From positions 1 through 11,158 of the forward strand of contig DATMZU010000614.1 in NCBI GenBank assembly GCA_035607435.1: a stretch of 11,158 bases of DNA, read 5' to 3'. The notes beneath the pieces are model-generated. The model did no database searches. It had not been told where the DNA came from and worked only from the letters and a program-made list of their open reading frames with translations. Of this stretch, positions 7,228 to 11,158 are shown one piece after another. Numbering within the stretch: position 1 is the stretch's first letter; the number at the start of each line of letters is the position of its first letter. This stretch comes from Thermoanaerobaculia bacterium. Lineage in GTDB: Bacteria; Acidobacteriota; Thermoanaerobaculia; Multivoradales; UBA5704. Position numbers and translations under genes: made by a program.

Positions 7228-7743
7228 ATGGGAGAGAACCTCGATCGCTGGTTTCCTCTGGTCTACGAAGAGCTGCGCGGGCTCGCCGGCAACCTCCTGC
7301 GCGACAAGGGGGCGGCGGTCACGATCGAGCCCACCAGTCTGGTCCACGAGGCGTATCTGCGCCTGCTCGGCCAGCGGCGGCTCGACTGGCACGACCGCCT
7401 CCACTTTCTGCGCATCGCGGCCCGCATCATGCGCCGGGTCCTGGTCGATCACTGCCGTGGCCGGCTGGCGCAGAAGCGCGGCGGCGCCCAGGTCGTCCTC
7501 GATCTCGAAGAGGTCGCCGCCGCGACGGCGCCGCGGCCGATCGATGTTCTGGTCGTCGATCGCTCGCTCTCGGCGCTTGAGGCGTTCGACCCGCAGCAGG
7601 CGCAACTGGTCGAGCTGCGCTTCTTCTCCGGCCTGACGATCGAAGAGACGGCCGAGGCGCTCGGAATCTCGAAAGCCACGGTGAAACGGGAATGGGCGCT
7701 CGCCAAGGCCTGGCTCGCCCGCGACCTCGCGCGCTCCGCCTGA
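7228..7743 (+). CDS. ECF-type RNA polymerase sigma factor (172 aa), of the subfamily typically encoded next to Ser/Thr kinases rather than anti-sigma factors (TIGR02999 / PF07638-like, by recollection)
   Basis: Region-2-like PLVYEELRGLAGNLL...LVHEAYLRLL and region-4 HTH LTIEETAEALGISKATVKREWALAKAWLA are present. ATG 7228 is the first ATG/GTG/TTG in this frame after the lemA start. The track ORF 6463..7743 runs 255 codons further upstream only because the GC-rich frame lacks stops, and it is antisense to lemA. GGGAGA lies 10 nt upstream. Stop is TGA at 7741-7743. Confidence 0.8.
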   Translation: MGENLDRWFPLVYEELRGLAGNLLRDKGAAVTIEPTSLVHEAYLRLLGQRRLDWHDRLHFLRIAARIMRRVLVDHCRGRLAQKRGGAQVVLDLEEVAAATAPRPIDVLVVDRSLSALEAFDPQQAQLVELRFFSGLTIEETAEALGISKATVKREWALAKAWLARDLARSA

Positions 7744-7748
7744 CGCCC

Positions 7749-10634
7749 ATGGACTCCGCCCGCTGGCGCCGCATCAAGCAGCTTTTTTCCGGCGTGCTCG
7801 AACTGCCCCCCGAACGGCGCGAGCTCTGGCTCGCCGAGGCGCTCCCCGACTCCCCCACTCTCGCGATAGAAATCCGCGATCTCGCCGCGGCGCACGACCG
7901 GGAGGGAGAGATTATCGAAGCGGGCGCGCTCGCCGCGGCACCCGATCTCGCCGCGCTTCCCGTCGGCTCGATCTTGGGACTGCGGATCGGCCCCTACCGC
8001 CTGCTCTCCGAGCTGGGCCGCGGCGGCATGGGTGCGGTCTATCTCGCCGAACGCGACGATCCGACGTTCGTCCAGCGTGTCGCGCTCAAGCTGATCCAGC
8101 GCGGCCTGGACGGCGCGGAGATCGTCCGGCGCTTCGTCCACGAACGGCAGATTCTCGCCGGCCTTGCCCATCCCTACATCGCGCGCCTGCTCGACGGCGG
8201 CACGACCGACGACGGCCGGCCCTACTTCGTGATGGAGCACATCGAGGGCGTGCGGATCACCGACCATGCCGCGGCGCATCGGCTCGGACTCGAAGCGCGG
8301 TTGCGCCTGATCCTCAAGGTCTGCTCGGCGGTCCAGTACGCGCACCAGAACCTGGTGGTCCATCGCGATCTGAAGCCGGGCAACGTGCTGGTCGATCGCG
8401 ACGGCACCCCGAAGCTGCTCGACTTCGGCATCGCCAAGCTCTTAGAGCCGAGCGATCCGGCGAGCCTGACGCTTGCGACCGCGCCGGATCTGCGGCCGAT
8501 GACTCCCGAGTACGCGAGCCCCGAGCAATTGGAGGGGCGGCCAATTACCACCGCGACCGACGTCTACGGCTTGGGGGCTCTACTCTATGAGCTGCTGGTG
8601 GGAATGAGCCCGCGGGGGGTCGAGCGGCGGCTGGGACCCGGCTGGGCCGAGCGCCCGGCGAGCCAGGCGCTCCGGGCGCTCGAGACCCGCGGCGAAGCGG
8701 ACGCCAAGCGGCCCCCCGACGGCGGAGCGCGCCGCCTCTCCGGCGATCTCGACACGATTCTCGGCAAGGCGCTCGAAGAGGAACCCGCCCGGCGCTACCC
8801 GACCGCCGCCGCGCTCGCCGACGATCTGGAACGCGCGCTCGATCGGCGGCCGGTCTCCGCGCGACGTCCGAGCTTCGCCTACCGGGCGGGCCGGACGATC
8901 GCCCGGCACAAGCTCGCGACCGCGTTCATTATCGCGTTGGTCGCCCTGGCCGCGGGGGCCACCTTCTCGGCGATCGAAATCGCCCGCGGCCGGGATCGGG
9001 CCGAAGCGCAAGGGAATCGAGCCACGGCGCTCGCCGGATTTCTCGCCGATCTGTTCCATTCGATCGATCCGGAAGAGAGCCGTAGCCGGCCGGTGACCGC
9101 GCGACAAATCCTCGATCGCGGAGCGCAGAGCCTGCTCGTGGAGAGGAACCTTCCTCAGGCCACCGACACGCGCGCGAACCTGCTCTCGGAGGTCGGCAAG
9201 GTCTACGCAAGCTTCGGCGCCTATCCCGAGGCCCGCCGCCTGCTCCAACGGGCGCGCTCTCTCCGCTGCCCGGAGCAAGGAGCCGATGCCGAGATCGCCT
9301 GCGCCGAGATCCTCACTCACCTCGGCAGCGTGGCTTTCGACGAGAACCGCTATGGGGAGAGCCGCGCGTTCTATCTTCAGGCGCTGGCGATCAAGCGCCG
9401 CGTGCTGGGGGCGGAGGCGCCCGCGACCATCGACGACTTGAATGGCCTCGGCCGGGTCGCCACAGAAACTCGAAAGTTGGATCGCGCGGCAACGGATCTC
9501 GCCGAGGCGTCACGGCTCGCCCGAAACGCGCTCGCCGCCGCGCCGGAACGTTCCGCGGAACATCGAAGCGCGGAGCGCCGGCTTGCCGAGAGCCATCTTC
9601 ACCTCGGCAACCTCGCTGCGGCGCAAGGACTCGTCGCCGAAGCGAAAAGCCACGCGCGGGAGGCCGTCCGGCTCTTCACTTCCGCATTGGGCGAAGACCA
9701 TCCGGACAGCCTGATCGCGCGGGGCGATCTCGCGGTCTCGCTGTTCGGCCAAGGCGCCTACCCGGAAGCGGAAGCGCTGTTTCGCCGCAACCTCGAAAGC
9801 CATCGCCACCTGCTCGGGCCGGACCATCCCGACGTCGCGCTCGCCCTCACGAACCTGGGCGCCGTCGAAGAGGCCCAAGGGAAACTCGAATCGGCCGAGG
9901 CCCATCTGCGCGAAGCGCTCACGATGCGCGAGCGGCTCGGCCTGTACGATATCGATCACGCAAAGGCCGAGAACAATCTCGCGGCGATCCTTCGCCAGAG
10001 GGGGAGGCTCGACGAGAGCGAGCGGCTCCACACCCGCGCGCTCGGCGAGCTTCGCTCCTTGCGCGGCGACGACCACCCGGACGTCACCAATGTGATCGAA
10101 GGGCTGGCCCGCGTCCACCTGGAGCGCGGCGATTTCGCCGCGGCGGAACGGCTGGTCCGCCAAAGCCTCAGCGCCTTTGAGCACGCCCTGGGGACCCAAA
10201 ATGCCAGGGTCGGCGGTTCTCGGGGACTGCTCGCCGACGTTCTCGAACACGAGGGTCGCCTCGCTGAGGCCGAGGCGACCTATCGAACGGCGCTCGCCGT
10301 TGTCCGCGCGGCGAGCCCTCCCCGGCATCCCCGCATCGCAAAAATCGCCGTCGGTCTCGGCGGCGTGCTGGTCGAACGAGGCAAGGCCGCCGAAGCCGAA
10401 CCGCTCCTGATCGAAGGGCTCGCCCTCCTCCGCGCCAACCGGCCAGCCGGCGACGAGCGGATCGCGTCGGCCGAGGCCCTGCTCGGCGACTGCTACGCCC
10501 GGCTCGGTCGAAACGCGGCGGCGCGCCCGCTGCTTGCTTCCAGCTATCGAATCCTGCTGGCACTGCATGGCCCCAACCACCCGGCGGTCCGCGCGGCCGC
10601 GACTCGTCTACATCGCCTCCCGCCCGCCCCCTGA
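7749..10634 (+). CDS. Membrane Ser/Thr protein kinase (961 aa): N-terminal Hanks-type kinase domain, one TM helix, C-terminal TPR-repeat domain
   Basis: Kinase motifs present are GRGGMGAVYLA (Gly loop), VALKLI (VAIK-like), HRDLKPGNVLV (catalytic loop), DFGIAKL (DFG), and TPEYASPEQ (APE). TM helix is LATAFIIALVALAAGATFSAI at about residues 398-418. After that come repeated TPR-like units (LGxxYxxxGxYxEAxxLxxRAL pattern, with repeated DHPD motifs). The start MDSARWRRIKQLF at 7749 (5 nt after the sigma stop) is preferred over the track start 7692, which overlaps the sigma gene. Confidence 0.88.
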   Translation: MDSARWRRIKQLFSGVLELPPERRELWLAEALPDSPTLAIEIRDLAAAHDREGEIIEAGALAAAPDLAALPVGSILGLRIGPYRLLSELGRGGMGAVYLAERDDPTFVQRVALKLIQRGLDGAEIVRRFVHERQILAGLAHPYIARLLDGGTTDDGRPYFVMEHIEGVRITDHAAAHRLGLEARLRLILKVCSAVQYAHQNLVVHRDLKPGNVLVDRDGTPKLLDFGIAKLLEPSDPASLTLATAPDLRPMTPEYASPEQLEGRPITTATDVYGLGALLYELLVGMSPRGVERRLGPGWAERPASQALRALETRGEADAKRPPDGGARRLSGDLDTILGKALEEEPARRYPTAAALADDLERALDRRPVSARRPSFAYRAGRTIARHKLATAFIIALVALAAGATFSAIEIARGRDRAEAQGNRATALAGFLADLFHSIDPEESRSRPVTARQILDRGAQSLLVERNLPQATDTRANLLSEVGKVYASFGAYPEARRLLQRARSLRCPEQGADAEIACAEILTHLGSVAFDENRYGESRAFYLQALAIKRRVLGAEAPATIDDLNGLGRVATETRKLDRAATDLAEASRLARNALAAAPERSAEHRSAERRLAESHLHLGNLAAAQGLVAEAKSHAREAVRLFTSALGEDHPDSLIARGDLAVSLFGQGAYPEAEALFRRNLESHRHLLGPDHPDVALALTNLGAVEEAQGKLESAEAHLREALTMRERLGLYDIDHAKAENNLAAILRQRGRLDESERLHTRALGELRSLRGDDHPDVTNVIEGLARVHLERGDFAAAERLVRQSLSAFEHALGTQNARVGGSRGLLADVLEHEGRLAEAEATYRTALAVVRAASPPRHPRIAKIAVGLGGVLVERGKAAEAEPLLIEGLALLRANRPAGDERIASAEALLGDCYARLGRNAAARPLLASSYRILLALHGPNHPAVRAAATRLHRLPPAP

Positions 10635-10717
10635 GCCCTTTTTTCCGCGGATTCCGCGTAGAGGGCGTTCGGCCGTTCCCACCTATTTAAGGAAGCCGCT
10701 TCCGGGAGAGCCACGCC

Positions 10718-11158
10718 ATGCGCCCATCGAGAATACCGCTCCGCCTCATCCTCCTCGCTCTGCTCGTGTCGCCTATCCGGCTTGCCGCCTTAGAGCTCCG
10801 AGCCGACATCCGGCTCTCGCCTTGCCAGGAATTGCAGTTCGCCCGCGACGCCCAGGAACTGGCGCGAAAGAAGAGCAAGGCTGAACGTCGGCCCGCGGGC
10901 GTCCCGGGGCAATGCATCTCGGTCGACAATTCCGGTCATCCAGGGTCGGAGGACACGCCGATGGGAATCAACGTGCCGGTCCACGGAAGCGGCGGATTCT
11001 CGTCGGACGGCACCGGCCACTTCCTCGCGCAGTGGGACAGCACCCCGCTGCTGTTCGCCCTCTTCTCCTCTCCCCTGACTCTGCCCGGTTTCCAGGGGTA
11101 CTACGTGGACGCAGACCCTCTCGTCGTACAGCCGATGGCCGACCTGACCCTGACTCCC
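10718..11158 (+). CDS. Hypothetical exported protein, N-terminal 147 codons only (runs off the window; not in the ORF track because no stop is reached)
   Basis: ATG at 10718 with GGGAGAG 7 nt upstream. The frame is open to the window end. The N-terminus MRPSRIPLRLILLALLVSPIRLAALE looks like a signal peptide. Third-position GC is ~80%, consistent with the other genes. Confidence 0.4.
   Translation, partial: MRPSRIPLRLILLALLVSPIRLAALELRADIRLSPCQELQFARDAQELARKKSKAERRPAGVPGQCISVDNSGHPGSEDTPMGINVPVHGSGGFSSDGTGHFLAQWDSTPLLFALFSSPLTLPGFQGYYVDADPLVVQPMADLTLTP

Noticed and set aside
7692-7748. Upstream start for the kinase ORF (MGARQGLARPRPRALRLTP...)
   Set aside because: It overlaps the sigma gene's last 17 codons. 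The ATG at 7749 gives the MDSARWRRIKQLF N-terminus and sits 5 nt after the sigma stop, consistent with translational coupling.
10635-10717. T-run (CCCTTTTTTCC) just after the kinase stop as a possible terminator
   Set aside because: No upstream stem precedes the T-run. The short palindromes nearby (CGCGGA-T-TCCGCG, GGAAG-CCG-CTTCC) are too small to function as terminators.
1-11158. CRISPR arrays, IS elements, integrases and toxin-antitoxin pairs
   Set aside because: No spaced direct-repeat array, terminal inverted repeats, transposase- or integrase-like ORF, or small paired ORFs were found on either strand.

Overview
This is a high-GC (about two-thirds G+C) bacterial chromosomal segment with eight protein-coding genes, a tRNA-Ile(GAU) gene, and a roughly 780 bp low-GC non-coding stretch (3803-4582) between the SPFH and M48 genes. 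The genes are a 5'-truncated secA, a tandem-domain universal stress protein, an SPFH/band-7 protein with an N-terminal extension, a lemA-M48 peptidase operon on the minus strand, a divergently transcribed ECF-type sigma factor / Ser-Thr kinase operon on the plus strand, and a 3'-truncated exported protein. The gene content (many TPR Ser/Thr kinases paired with ECF sigma factors, a LemA-M48 pair) suggests Acidobacteria or a similar soil lineage, but that placement is inference. Inside the non-coding stretch, between the M48 gene and the tRNA, is a consensus-like sigma70 promoter with an A/T-rich upstream tract followed about 150-180 nt later by a textbook intrinsic terminator. This defines a candidate small RNA (or 28-codon small ORF) that the listed ORFs do not explain. 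Most long ORFs in the six-frame track are Arg/Ala/Gly/Pro-rich shadow frames of real genes and are rejected.
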